From: Nemertoderma westbladi
Lineage: Eukaryota; Animalia; Xenacoelomorpha
Assembly (NCBI GenBank): GCA_032718475.1
Contig: JAUCBJ010004796.1
Span: 1 to 47,312 of the forward strand
Direction of reading: 5' to 3'
Length of the DNA: 47,312 nucleotides
Position 1 is the stretch's first letter. Every line of letters starts with the position of its first letter. The notes under the pieces are model-generated. The model made no database searches. It worked only from the letters and a program-made list of their open reading frames with translations, and was not told the DNA's origin. Shown here in pieces: positions 1-10,734 of this stretch. Both the position numbers and the translations under genes were made by a program.

Positions 1-484
1 AATGGTTCGGCCGCGAGGTGGTGGTTCGGTGGTGGGGTGGGTTTCAATGATTCGGCCACGAAGGGGGTGGTTCGGGGGTGGAGCTGGACTTTCAACGGAA
101 GGACGGCCATTGCCTGCTTGTCAGTCCCCAAACAGAACGCCATATGGTCCAGGTAGCGAGCCAGGCGTTGGTTAACAACATCGATATGAAGTAGTGGAAT
201 ATGTTCCACAAAACCACTCATTGCTTCTTTGGCTTCTATTATTGGCTGTAATCCGTACCTGTGCTTGAGGCTGTGGGTAAGAATACCATAGAATACAATA
301 TTATATTGAATGTGAGGTTGTCGAAGAACATACAGTATGAAAGATGGTAAAATCCCCCCCCCCCCCCCCCCCCCCACCGGAGGCTCCTAGGCTGTAAAAC
401 ATTATTACATTTTTCGGACCTCATCTGTACGTAAACACCACATAATAATATTGATAATGATTCCCTATGTAAAACCAAGACAAT

Positions 485-620
485 AGATTAGCCGTAACGC
501 GACAATTAGCCGTAACGCGACTTTTAGAGTAGCCATACCGTGTCTTTGAAAGTCGCGTTGCGGGCTAATCTTTAAAAAAAATAGCCGTAACGAGACATTA
601 GCCGTAACCGCGACGACACC
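485..620. repeat. Cluster of ~17-bp ATTAGCCGTAACGCGAC motifs (direct and inverted), probable subterminal repeats of a DNA transposon remnant
   Basis: Motif occurs about 4 times directly plus one inverted copy (GTCGCGTTGCGGGCTAAT at ~551-568); no matching far end or TSD identified. Confidence 0.5.
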
Positions 621-1530
621 AAATTCAGTATTCTCTCAAACAAAAGCTTCACGGCAGGCTACTATAACATAAGGTTCATAGTTCATACTGGTAGTAGATA
701 CCTGCAAAAGGAAATCCAACAAAACAAAAACAACAAAATAAACAACAAAATGGGACATGGTTTTTATTTATGTCAGACAATTCGTTCACTTCCACTTATT
801 CATTTGAAAGAAAGACATCGTTAAGTAATGTGGGGTATTTAATAGTATAGTTAATATAATAGAAAGGGAAACAAACAAAGGGAAAATAATAGGTACGGTA
901 GGTACGAGCTGTTGTACAGTTCTTCCTCGGGTACACATATACTGAATGTTGATATAAGTTTCAAATTTACCGCCAAAAATTACCAATATGAGAAGAAATT
1001 AAAGAAAAAAAAATACTGTAGAACTAATGTAATTAACACAGTATAGAAAAATTAACACAAATAACCATAAAGAAGAACAAAGATACATACACAAATAACA
1101 ACATACTGTATGAAGCATAACATAAAGATAAACTCAAAAAATACGTAAAATATTGATGAGAACAAAGTAGACAAAATGAGAACAAAGTGTCAATCTGGTT
1201 CCGTCCATCGCATCTCGGCGAATTAACATCTAGTCGCAATGTTAAATTATTACAAAACAATAAACGAAAGTAAACAGAACTGGTAACAGTTTTATTTGGG
1301 CGAGTAATCAGCTGTAATTAGCCCTGGGGAGGGATTCATTTTGATTCACAATCACACCTCCCCTATATGTATGTAAATATACCTTCATTCTTTGTATTTA
1401 TGGACATAGTTTTGGTAAATATTACTGACACGATGTTTATGGTTGTTCGGACGAGATTTGGCCGATTTAACAACCATTAATGTTTACTATGAAAATCCCC
1501 ATTTCACATTCTATGTCTGACAATTATTAT

Positions 1531-1967
1531 CGCCCATGTGAAGAATACCAGGATTTCACTTTTCGGTCGACTTTTTATTGGAATTTTATATATGAAGATT
1601 TTTTATTTTTTTTAATTTATCTTTATTAAGTGTTTTATAGCGCTTATTTCTGTCTTATAACCTGTACATATACTAATTCGTTTATTGTTTTGGTTAGATT
1701 CAGCCCTTCTGTAACCTGTGGTTTTGGTGAAAACCTGGTATTCTTCACATGGGGGTAACTGCAAAGTGAAATATAACGGCAGAAAGTCTGGTATTCTTCA
1801 CATGTGGGTAACTGCAAAGTGAAATATAACGGCAGAAAGTCTGGTATTCTTCACATGTGGGTAACTGCAAAGTGAAATATAACGGCAGAAAGTCTGGTAT
1901 TCTTCACATGTGGGTAACTGCAAAGTGAAATATAACGGCAGAAAGTCTGGTATTCTTCACATGGGCC
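1531..1967. mobile_element. MITE (CGCCCATGTGAAGAATACCAG TIR family) with four internal 53-bp tandem units
   Basis: ~21-bp TIRs; 8-bp TSD ATTATTAT at 1523-1530 and 1968-1975; second family copy at 29765-30042. Confidence 0.9.
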
Positions 1968-2230
1968 ATTATTATTATAGATAAATCAAGACGGTATGCA
2001 CACAGTTGCCCATAAAGCCTTTAATACCTTCATACACCTTTAATTACAGTTGCAACAGCTCATCTCCAATTTATTTAATTAATATCACCTGGCAGCAATA
2101 CCGAGCTGAATATTTATTTATTTGTACTTCCCTCCTGTTTCACTCTAGCATACTTGAGGCCGTTAGGTCCGCTGTTAGAGATAGAATATTTGCAACTTAA
2201 GACTGCCCGTTCAATAGAAGTGGATTAGGC

Positions 2231-2347
2231 GGGATTGCGAGTGTCAGGGGCTAGTGGCTGAGCTGGTTAGCGCTACTGATGAGGCCTGTTAGGCCGAAAC
2301 GTGCGTATAGCGCTGGTTCAACCCCCGGTGACGCGCTCCCATTTTTT
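2231..2347 (+). promoter_or_regulatory. tRNA-type (type 2) Pol III unit enclosing the hammerhead: A box, B box, T6 terminator
   Basis: A-box-like TGGCTGAGCTGG at 2255-2266; B-box-like GGTTCAACCCC at 2315-2325; TTTTTT at 2342-2347; ends 2231-2250 and 2322-2340 can pair. Confidence 0.65.
2269..2314 (+). ncRNA. Type I hammerhead ribozyme (minimal stem III)
   Basis: Stem I AGCGCTA (2269-2275)/TAGCGCT (2308-2314); core CTGATGA (2276-2282); stem II GGCCT-GTT-AGGCC; GAAA (2296-2299); stem III ACG-TG-CGT; GUA cleavage triplet at 2305-2307. Confidence 0.88.
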
Positions 2348-3043
2348 CCACTTCTGAACAAACCCATAATATCAAACCTCAACAAACACTCATGAATCGG
2401 CAATCACTTTACATGCACGTACGGTACAGTACGCACAGCCCTATAGCCATCGTCACTCCAAAATATGAAACCGGTCACGTATCTGTCTGTGTGTCAGAAT
2501 GCTGACGCAGATGGAAATAAATTACCTACCCTTATCTACATATCTTGAGCTAAAAATACATGGGCATGAACATTTTTTACACGAATTGGTCGTGGTGTAA
2601 TTTATGGCATTATTTAATGTTCGATATGGGATTTGGTGATTAAAGTACAATGATGGATAGATCTGAGCTGATGATATCCTAATGAATAATCTATTCAATA
2701 ACTGGTTATATGCCATAGATTCATAGCTAATATCCATAATTTGATTACCCTCAGCTCAGCCCCCACCTCTTCTTTGGTTGACACTATTAAATGGTTCGCA
2801 GCCTAACTTTGCTGCGACAAATCTTCAAACGGGTCCAATCTTCGCTCGATCATTAATTACAATTGTCTAACTAATTAAGAAACTGGAACCATTTTATTGT
2901 TTAGATTAGAATTGCATGCCACGGTAACCTGCTCCTTTACCTCAATGGGAAATAATCGGGCGAGGAATACACCCAACCTGTCCTGCTGTGTACCGAAGTT
3001 GTATAGAGTGACTGAATTCTGTATAATTATTATTACTATTTAT

Positions 3044-3974
3044 TAGAGTTGAAACAGAGACCTAATTTTCTTAATCCCGGAGAACCAGAACCCTACCCAG
3101 ATAATTATTTTGGAAAATACCGGAGACCAGAACCAGAGATCAGAGACTTTGCTTAATTTTGTACTTACAATTTGACTATAGCACAAACAGGTACGTATGA
3201 ACTGAGAACTATTTATGGTTGAATTACAGTAAATCCAACCGATTCAACCCTTACCTAATGAAAAAAATAAGCCCAAGTACAGTTTGGGTTAATGTTAAAT
3301 ATGTTACATTAATTTGTTTTGCTACATAGGGACTTTGTTAAATAAAAGAGGCACTGAATTCACAACTGTTAAAATCATATAGCGGTACCTTTTAATGGAC
3401 TCTAAAAAAAAGCAAAGCTTGGTCATTTACGAATATAGTTAGTGCACAGGTCCAGTACTCTATTCGACCCTATTGCAAGTCTCGTTACGCTCGTTCTCTT
3501 TATTTGGTCGCTGTAACATGTAGCCTACAACAAGGTGAAAAGAGCTCTGCCTTTACTTTTACATGTAAACTTTATGGGAGCTCAAACTAAGCACCATCAT
3601 TATTAAATAAGAACGCTCTTTAGGTGCAAATTTAACTTGAACTGAAACGCACCTTAAATTATATAGAAGATTACTGGTTCATTTGCGCGTTGCTTAAAAA
3701 TAGGGTAGAAGTTCCTATATAATTTTGTTGAAGCGGAGTATTAAAAATTGTTAAAAATTAGAGTAATTATTTATATAGTAAAAACGTTTTTGTGATAAAA
3801 TCATCATTCATCATTTTATCTTGTACAAGATAAATATATATTTTTAATTTGAAAAATCAGTGATCTCTGGGTAAAATGTGTGTTTTCAATACCCGGGAAC
3901 TAGAGACCTATCCGGAGACCAAAAAACTGCCCAGAGAATCCAGAGATCAGTGACAGGTCTCTGTTTCAACTCTA
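3044..3974. mobile_element. Non-autonomous hAT-type DNA transposon (931 bp)
   Basis: 20-bp TIR TAGAGTTGAAACAGAGACCT; 8-bp TSD CTATTTAT at 3036-3043 and 3975-3982; subterminal CCAGAGA/CCGGAGA motifs; no ORF. Confidence 0.9.
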
Positions 3975-4457
3975 CTATTTATTTATATTTACTTTTCACG
4001 TATTTTATATTTATTGGTGGACCAATTACTTAATCAGCGAATAGTGGGAAATTTAAAATAATTAGCTGATGACCCCTAGTTATCAGTCCCTAGTTTTATC
4101 AGTGGCACAATCGAATAAACTAAAAAAACTAATTTAACTTACCAAACCCGAAATGGTTTTATGTCTATCTGCGCTAATGGATACAAAGTCGGTTGCTAAG
4201 TAACCATTAACGGCTAACTCCATTTGATCTTTGGAACAACCAATCGAATTATCCTCCTTCTTCCACCACTCCTAAAATAAGTAATTTATTTCATTAATTA
4301 AATAAGCCTCTAATTAATTTCTCCCTCCGCGGGAAAATATCACAAAAATGTTCTGTAAGTTAATTGGATAATTATTGTTGTTGAAGGCTACCGGTACTTT
4401 TCTATATCAATCAATAAGGAATCAAAGGTTTATAAACAATAATGCGAAATGGCTTAA

Positions 4458-4526
4458 GGGGGTAGCGCATTTTCTGACCAAAAATTCATTTTTTTGGTCA
4501 GAAAATGCGCTACCCCCCCCCCCCCC
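4458..4526. mobile_element. Tiny hairpin MITE with TTAA TSD (Kolobok-like GG termini)
   Basis: GGGGGTAGCGCATTTTCTGACCAAAAA ... TTTTTGGTCAGAAAATGCGCTACCCCC; TTAA at 4454-4457 and 4527-4530; right C-run expanded. Confidence 0.75.
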
Positions 4527-4539
4527 TTAAGGGTTTCAT

Positions 4540-5021
4540 TTCCGACATTTAACCCTCTAGCGGTATACTGGAGAACTAAAGATCGATTAGAGTCCCCACG
4601 AAGACTCAACCTATCAGGAATAGTATTGATCACGATCAAGTCTAGCACGAATATTTGCTAAGTTTCAGCTTAAACGTATAATAAATAACGAAATTAAAGA
4701 AGATTTTCACTTTCAGACATTTCGGCCTCCTCTATAGTCAGATTGGAGAACTCTCGGAAAAATGCAGCCAGCGGCTGCAGCTTTCTCGAAAAGATGCAGC
4801 CAGCGATCTAGAATATATAAGTTAAATTTCAGCTGAAATGTTTTATAAACAATTTTTTTGTCTGATTGTTGCCTGCAAATTTTCTATACGTCAGATTTAA
4901 ATCCGACAACGATATTAGTCAAAATCGTAACGACGACAATTATTGGCGAATATTGACTCACACCACTACAATAACAGTGTCAATTCGGTAAGGCTCCGCC
5001 AGCTTCGTGGCTCGCCCCCCA
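4540..5021 (-). mobile_element. Diverged Helentron/HINE-like non-autonomous element (same family as 9303-9820)
   Basis: Reverse-complement matches to the 9303 element: TAACAGTGTCAATTCGGTAAGGCTCCGCCAGCTTCGTGGCTCGCCCC, AAATCGTAACGACGAC, TTTAAATCCGAC, AGTTTCAGCTTAAACG, CCCTCTAGCGG. Confidence 0.7.
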
Positions 5022-6683
5022 ATCCGCAGAATATTGGCCACCTTCCTTGTATGAAATAACCGTATCACGTACAAATAATACAACAATTTTATTTGTAGCA
5101 AAAAAAAACATGATATATGGCCGCGCGTTCTAAAAAAAAATATGCCAGCATAAATTACTGTATATGAAATTGGATTTTCAAGAAGTGCCGGAATTAAAAT
5201 TTGAGTCATTTTGCATTCAGCACGCTGTGTTGGAGCTACGAAATAGAATATCCCAGTTTTAATATGCCCTGGCACCACTTACTGCTTCCCTTCCAATTCA
5301 TCCATCAATCACATTAACATTCTGTCAGGAAAGAAAAACTTCTCACGTATCTAAAACGAATCATTTCCCAGGGGAAACAACCCTATATGGTTAAAAAGGC
5401 ATTAATGAGATTTTACAATGCCCTACACTCCGCAACATATCCAGGGCTACTTAGCATGGAGAACGGACGTGGAAATTATTCTGTTAATACCTTATCGATT
5501 TATACATAACGGTTTCGTTTAAATACTATACAAGGTACACGCGCATAAACACTAGGCCTAAACACACTAACAGTTCTAAACCACATTTTTTGGGAATGCG
5601 ATTCATTTTAAATAAAGATTTTTGTTTAAAAACGAAACGTAAAATATACCGAGGAGGAACTCGTTGAACTCACATTAGCCTGGAAGGATTCACAGACTGA
5701 TGATTGTCTATATTACGGGATATTACAGGTAGGTCAATGCTGTTAAGTAGATGAGTATTCTTTTATGAGCATACCTTAGAATAATATCCGAGCAATACCC
5801 ATTGATATTTTGCTCCAAACATTCCGCGCTTATAAACTTCGCAAAATATTTTTCTTGCCATCGATTCATCGAAGTTACCCAACATTATTCGCACATCTTG
5901 TTTCTAAAAAAATAATTAGTGGAAATCAAAGAATCGAGTCGGGGGGGGGGGGGGGGGGGCAACTTATTGTTAATTATCAATTGAAGGGAAGGGAGCAGAG
6001 GTTACAGTGGCATGTTATTCTAAACAAAACAATAAATGACAGTAGCTCAGGTTATATTTGGTTAATGTTTCACCGCCACAGATTCTGCTTCCAGGAAGCA
6101 TCTACCGATACAGGTTCATATCGTTGCCATGGATACACGTACAGTCATAAGGTCATAATGTATAAATTAAGGATTTCCAAAAAAACAATTGAGCCCACAA
6201 TCTCACTAAATTCACACGAGTTCATATTTTGTAATTTATTGTCGGTTATTTGTAATTAAGTTTCATAATTAGTTGAATTTCGGGCTTCTTGTGGTACGAA
6301 TTTATTGTTTGAGTTACAATATAATTAATGTGAGTGTTGTGTATGTAATTTTCAACATGAGTTTAGTAGTAAGGGAACAATGAGCTGAAACTGGTATTTG
6401 TTTTGTGTAGAAAGTAAGTAAGTAATTCATTTTAGAAGCCTATAAACCATGGATACAATGAGTAACAACCTTGGGATCACATTACAAGCCAATCATCTGA
6501 CTAGTGGTCATGGTATTTCAGTTGTATTGCAGTGATATTGTTACTTTCACGTTGCTCACTTTACTTTTTCTAATTCAGGTACTCTGATTTTAGTTTGGTA
6601 ATACTTTGGTTTGCGAATAAAAATAACATTGTGGTTTAAAAAGAAAGGCGTATAATCGATAGAAAAATGACAAACATTGCATG

Positions 6684-7736
6684 TCATACGACCTCCCCTA
6701 GATATATGGATCTATCGCTACTGCAGCTCATTAGTATGGGTTCCTGAGGATGGAAGACAACCTCGTTAACAGAACCGTTGTGTCCGGGAAGTTTAAACAG
6801 AATCCTACGGGACGTCGTGTCCAACACATATACGAACTGATCGGCGCTCCCGGCGGCCACTCGCGAGCCGTCCGGGGACCACGAACACCGGAGTAAATTC
6901 CGCTCGAAGTTGTGCTGCACTCCGGTGAATATCTTAACGCAGCGCTCGATCGGCGCGTAAGGGCGTACGTCGTAAATACGCAAGGAGTTATCCATGGAGT
7001 TAGTTAGTATGTAGGAGCCGTCGGGACTGAGAGAGACGCCTGTGATGGTGTCTGTGTGTCCGCGCATCGTTAGATGAACAGCGTCGCGTCGTAAATCGTA
7101 GACCTTTAATAGATTATCGATCCCTCCGATAAACACTTGTTCGGAGGTGTCGTTAAAAGCGACAGCGGTCACCTGGTAGGTGTTCTCGAATGTTTTAACA
7201 GGACGTTTAAGTCTCGCGTCCCAAACCTTCACGGTGGTGTCGTCGGATCCCGAGGCCAAGAGTTGGTCGCCTCGACGCGACGGGTCGCAAGAGTTGACGA
7301 ACCCCGAGTGCCCCTTGAATCGTTTGATACGTTGCCCAGTAACCATGTCCCAATAGCCAATAGTTTTATCGGTGGACGCGGAAAAGAGATTGGAGCCGTC
7401 CGCGTTGAACTCCAGTTGCAGGATGGCCCCCGCGTGGCCGCTCAGTACACCGAAGTTGTCGCAATCCCCGTAGGTATTCCATAAGAATATCTGTCGGTCG
7501 AAACCCCCTGAAGCGATGTACTCCCCTTTAGGATGGAACTTACTGCTGAATATTTCGCCGCCGTGTCCGGTTAGCAACATTATCGGTGTCTGTAGATGGG
7601 ACAGTCTGCCCGCGGGTAGTGGGGCGACTGATGCGTCGGTGGAGAGTTCCGCTACCGTATTGTAGGTTCGTCCTCGTTTTACGGGAACGAGAGTTCCGAA
7701 TTCCTCGGCTGGGCGTTTCCGATCCACCGTTGTCAT
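6684..7736 (-). CDS. SNRNP40: U5 snRNP 40 kDa WD40-repeat protein, single exon, 350 aa
   Basis: ORF with WD40 repeats and family-typical segments PIMLLTGHGGEI, QHNFERNLLRCSWSPDG, LPGHNGSVNEVVFHP, SDRSIYLGE; ATG at 7736 in a GCCATG context (the longer GTG start is unlikely). Confidence 0.93.
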   Translation of the reverse strand: MTTVDRKRPAEEFGTLVPVKRGRTYNTVAELSTDASVAPLPAGRLSHLQTPIMLLTGHGGEIFSSKFHPKGEYIASGGFDRQIFLWNTYGDCDNFGVLSGHAGAILQLEFNADGSNLFSASTDKTIGYWDMVTGQRIKRFKGHSGFVNSCDPSRRGDQLLASGSDDTTVKVWDARLKRPVKTFENTYQVTAVAFNDTSEQVFIGGIDNLLKVYDLRRDAVHLTMRGHTDTITGVSLSPDGSYILTNSMDNSLRIYDVRPYAPIERCVKIFTGVQHNFERNLLRCSWSPDGSRVAAGSADQFVYVLDTTSRRILFKLPGHNGSVNEVVFHPQEPILMSCSSDRSIYLGEVV

Positions 7737-7930
7737 GGCGATGATGTATAAGATTGTGAGTAGCCTAGCGTGGGTTCGCGGCACAAGGATTTCGGAACAC
7801 AGAATAAAACACTAACAAATTATGTAGGCCTAATATAAATTGATAATAATGTAATATAATACAACAGATTAACAGAATAAAAGAATAGGCACTACGCACT
7901 AGGCAGGCCTACAGTTGGGTATTCTCAGCG

Positions 7931-7999
7931 AGATTTGGTTTCCTCATGAAACCAAATCTGGTTTCACACTTACTCTAAATTGAAACCAAATCTGGTTTC
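7931..7999. repeat. Repeated palindrome GAAACCAAATCTGGTTTC upstream of SNRNP40
   Basis: Full copies at 7948-7965 and 7982-7999, partial copy at 7931-7942; ~200-260 bp upstream of the ATG. Confidence 0.6.
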
Positions 8000-8622
8000 C
8001 TTTGAGATCTCAGGACATCAAAGGAGGCCCGACTTTGCTACTCGCGATACAATAGACATACCTTCAGGGATATGATTGACATGTTTCTGGAATAAAAATT
8101 ATTGCGTTAATTTAATTACACCAGACAGCCAGAGTCTAATGTTTACTGTAAGTAGTTAGGCAAAATTGCTGCAAAATTTGCGGATTGATTTTTTTACTAC
8201 TTTTTTATAGTTAATAATTTTTAATGTTCGTTTCAGTTCCGTTTCATGGGCAATATAAAGCATAGTTTCCTCGCCTTGTAAATATATGAAGATGAATTAA
8301 AAAAAACCACAGATTAAATAGACTAGCACCCTCCACCCCACACCTCTACAGGGTTGTGTGGCGCTTACTTACAGTTCAGTATATTGCTGTATTGGCTGCA
8401 AAATGAGGGCGTATATAGCCAGCCACCCCCCCCCCCCCCCCCCCCCACACCAAGTAATGACAATATGGCAAGGGGCCCCCTGCTGACGCGGCTTAGCAAG
8501 CAGGGAGGTCACTATCCTCACTCATTTTGCCTTTGGTTGGTTATTGCACTCTCAAAAGATTTATGTAGGCCAACTGTTGATCATATTTCTGAGCTCATAT
8601 CTGCACATTGCCTTGGCTTACC

Positions 8623-8854
8623 TATGAAGCGCCGTTTACGCCAAAACTATCTGAATAAATATTATACTCAAGATGTGTCAATAAAAAATATTATACTTGA
8701 TGTATCTAAATTCTCGGCCGAGATTCTCGGCCGAGTTTTTCTCGGCCGAGATCTCGGCCGAGAATTTAGATACATCTTAAGTATAATATTTTTTATTGAC
8801 ACATCTTGAGTATAATATTTATTCAGATAGTTTTGGCGTAAACGGCGCTTCATA
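8623..8854. mobile_element. Foldback MITE (232-bp near-perfect palindrome)
   Basis: Arms ~100 bp (TATGAAGCGCCGTTTACGCC...), centre of four CTCGGCCGAG palindromes; flanked by CTTACC at 8617-8622 and 8855-8860. Confidence 0.85.
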
Positions 8855-9302
8855 CTTACCTACCAGTAATTTGCTTTTTCCTGCTTAACTAACCTAATTA
8901 TCTTTAATTTTGAATTTAAAAATAATTTAGAAAATAATTTTAATAATTATTTTCTAATAAAAGATACATTAAATATTAACTATTTTTTATTCGGTAAATA
9001 TAATATGCTCTGACAGAATAGTGTAATAAGTATTATATTATAAATAAATCAGATCAAGAGAGACAAAAGTTTAATAACGTGTTCTATTTATCGTAAAATA
9101 TGTAATTTTAATTTTTAAATCTTAATAAGTAATTAAACATTGCGCCAGTCGCACCGCCGTTATTCTTATCCTTATTGTGTTTTGTTGATACCAATGGAAA
9201 GGTGTCGTTGTTAAGGATTCCAAATATATCTATAACAATTAATGTCGTTGAGACTTGAAAGAGAGTTGATATCTTGGCTGAGACCTGAGAGTTACTTACA
9301 GC

Positions 9303-9820
9303 TTGTGGGGCGAGCCACGAAGTTGGCGGAGCCTTAGCGAATTGACACTGTTAGGGGGTGGGTCAATTTATGCAAATAGTTGTCGTCGTCGTCGTTGTCG
9401 TCGTCGTCGTCGTCGTCGTTGTCGTCGTCGTTACGATTTTGACATGCTAATAACTTTGTCGGATTTAAAGCTGCCAAGTTGAAAATTTGTAGGTATCAAT
9501 ATGAGCTAAAGTTGAGATTTTTGAGAGACTTTCAGACACCATCAGTGCAATGGTCTCCCGCTAGAGGGCCACATGTCTAAACATTAAATGCCCTCCCATT
9601 TCTTTGCTTTTAATCCGTTTAAGCTGAAACTTGGCAGATATGTATTAGACCATTAGCTGTGACTTTCAAAGGAGGCGAATCCATCTGCAGTTCTCCAGTC
9701 TGCCGCTAGAGGGCCAACGTGACAACGACAACTATTTGCATAAATTGACCCACCCCCTAACAGTGTCAATTCGCTAAGGCTTCGCCAACTTCGTGCTGCG
9801 CGAAGTCCCCACTTCGTGTA
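9303..9820 (+). mobile_element. Helentron-derived non-autonomous element (HINE/DINE-1/pearl-like)
   Basis: 5' GTGGGG subTIR plus GCCACGAAGTTGGC hairpin, (GTC)n microsatellite at ~9379-9431, AAGCTGAAACTTGG core, 3' CCCCAC inside a CGAAGT-CCCC-ACTTCG stem-loop followed by a T-run; no TSD. Confidence 0.7.
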
Positions 9821-9914
9821 TTTTTGTTGCTGAGAGATACACTGAATGTTTATGTTGTTTATGTTTTTATAATGGCTAGCCTGGTTTGGCATAATGAACT
9901 CTAAGGCTCAGGCT

Positions 9915-10025
9915 TTCCCTATCCACTAATAACCGCCTAAGGCGACCTGGACTTGCAAGGGTAGGGACTAGGGAGGCCCTGTTATTAGGCATCTCTCTGT
10001 ATTTGAATAAAGTGTGTGTGTGTGT
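9915..10025 (+). mobile_element. Possible 3' tail of a LINE/SINE
   Basis: CTAATAAC/GTTATTAG-closed stem, then AATAAA (10006-10011) immediately followed by (GT)7. Confidence 0.35.
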
Positions 10026-10734
10026 CGTCTGAAATATTGAATGGAGTCAACCTGCAATGTGCAATGTGTTCGACAGACTGCTGGACTGTACTAAACATTA
10101 CAGAGCTGCCGTTAATAAAGTTATAATCTCAAATGTTAAATTCCTTTCCATGCCCTGGGGTGGCAGAAAGTAGGAGAGGAAGAGTAAAATTACAAACAGG
10201 AAACCGCACCGTCAGCAAAATTATAGCGGCATTAATTTAGTGTTATTAAGTAATTATTATTAGTATTTATAATTATTTCCCTTTACTGCTTTAAGACACA
10301 TAGAAATCAATCAATACGCCAATAAATTTAATTAATTAAAAATAGTTAATTATTTACGTAGGTAAATAATGTAAATTCTAACAATAAAAAAATATTATTA
10401 ACACATAATTAAACTTAATGCTGGCTTGTAAAACGTGGCCGAATGTATAATTTAATATTTCCAGAAAATTATTTTATTATTTATTTAAAATGACGTGTAA
10501 CAGTACGAAAAAAGGACCCAGTGAAATCGCTACTTCTGTACTTTAGGTCTGATTTACTGATTTAGGTCTAATTCAACTCAGTTTAAATATTTAAAGTTGT
10601 TATTATCTTTTTTTTTATTATTTTTTAGACCTTGTCTTGTCTGTTTAATAGTTCAGTAGTCAATGTGGATAATTATATTATAATACTATTGAATCATTGA
10701 ATAATCATTTATATAATCGAATCGAGCTTGAATC

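Noticed and set aside
90-270. Possible minus-strand exon after an acceptor-like CCCACAG
   Set aside because: Short frames with no recognisable protein similarity
1736-1965. 53-bp repeats and the satellite as CRISPR arrays, or as related to each other
   Set aside because: No unique spacers, no cas genes, eukaryotic context; similar period but no sequence similarity between the 53-mer and the 52-mer
2006-2200. Penelope GIY-YIG endonuclease remnant (YSCNSSSPIYLI...QY) upstream of the hammerhead
   Set aside because: Resemblance too short and key Cys/Gly residues missing; needs a profile search
2241-2335. Functional tRNA gene
   Set aside because: No canonical 7-bp acceptor stem or anticodon loop; the centre is a hammerhead core
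4066-4115. Other CTGATGA motifs (also ~2668, ~5697, ~31546) as hammerheads
   Set aside because: No stem II plus GAAA plus closing stem I arrangement
8354-8853. ORFs sharing MKRRLRQNYLNKYY on both strands
   Set aside because: Consequence of the foldback palindrome and the poly-C run
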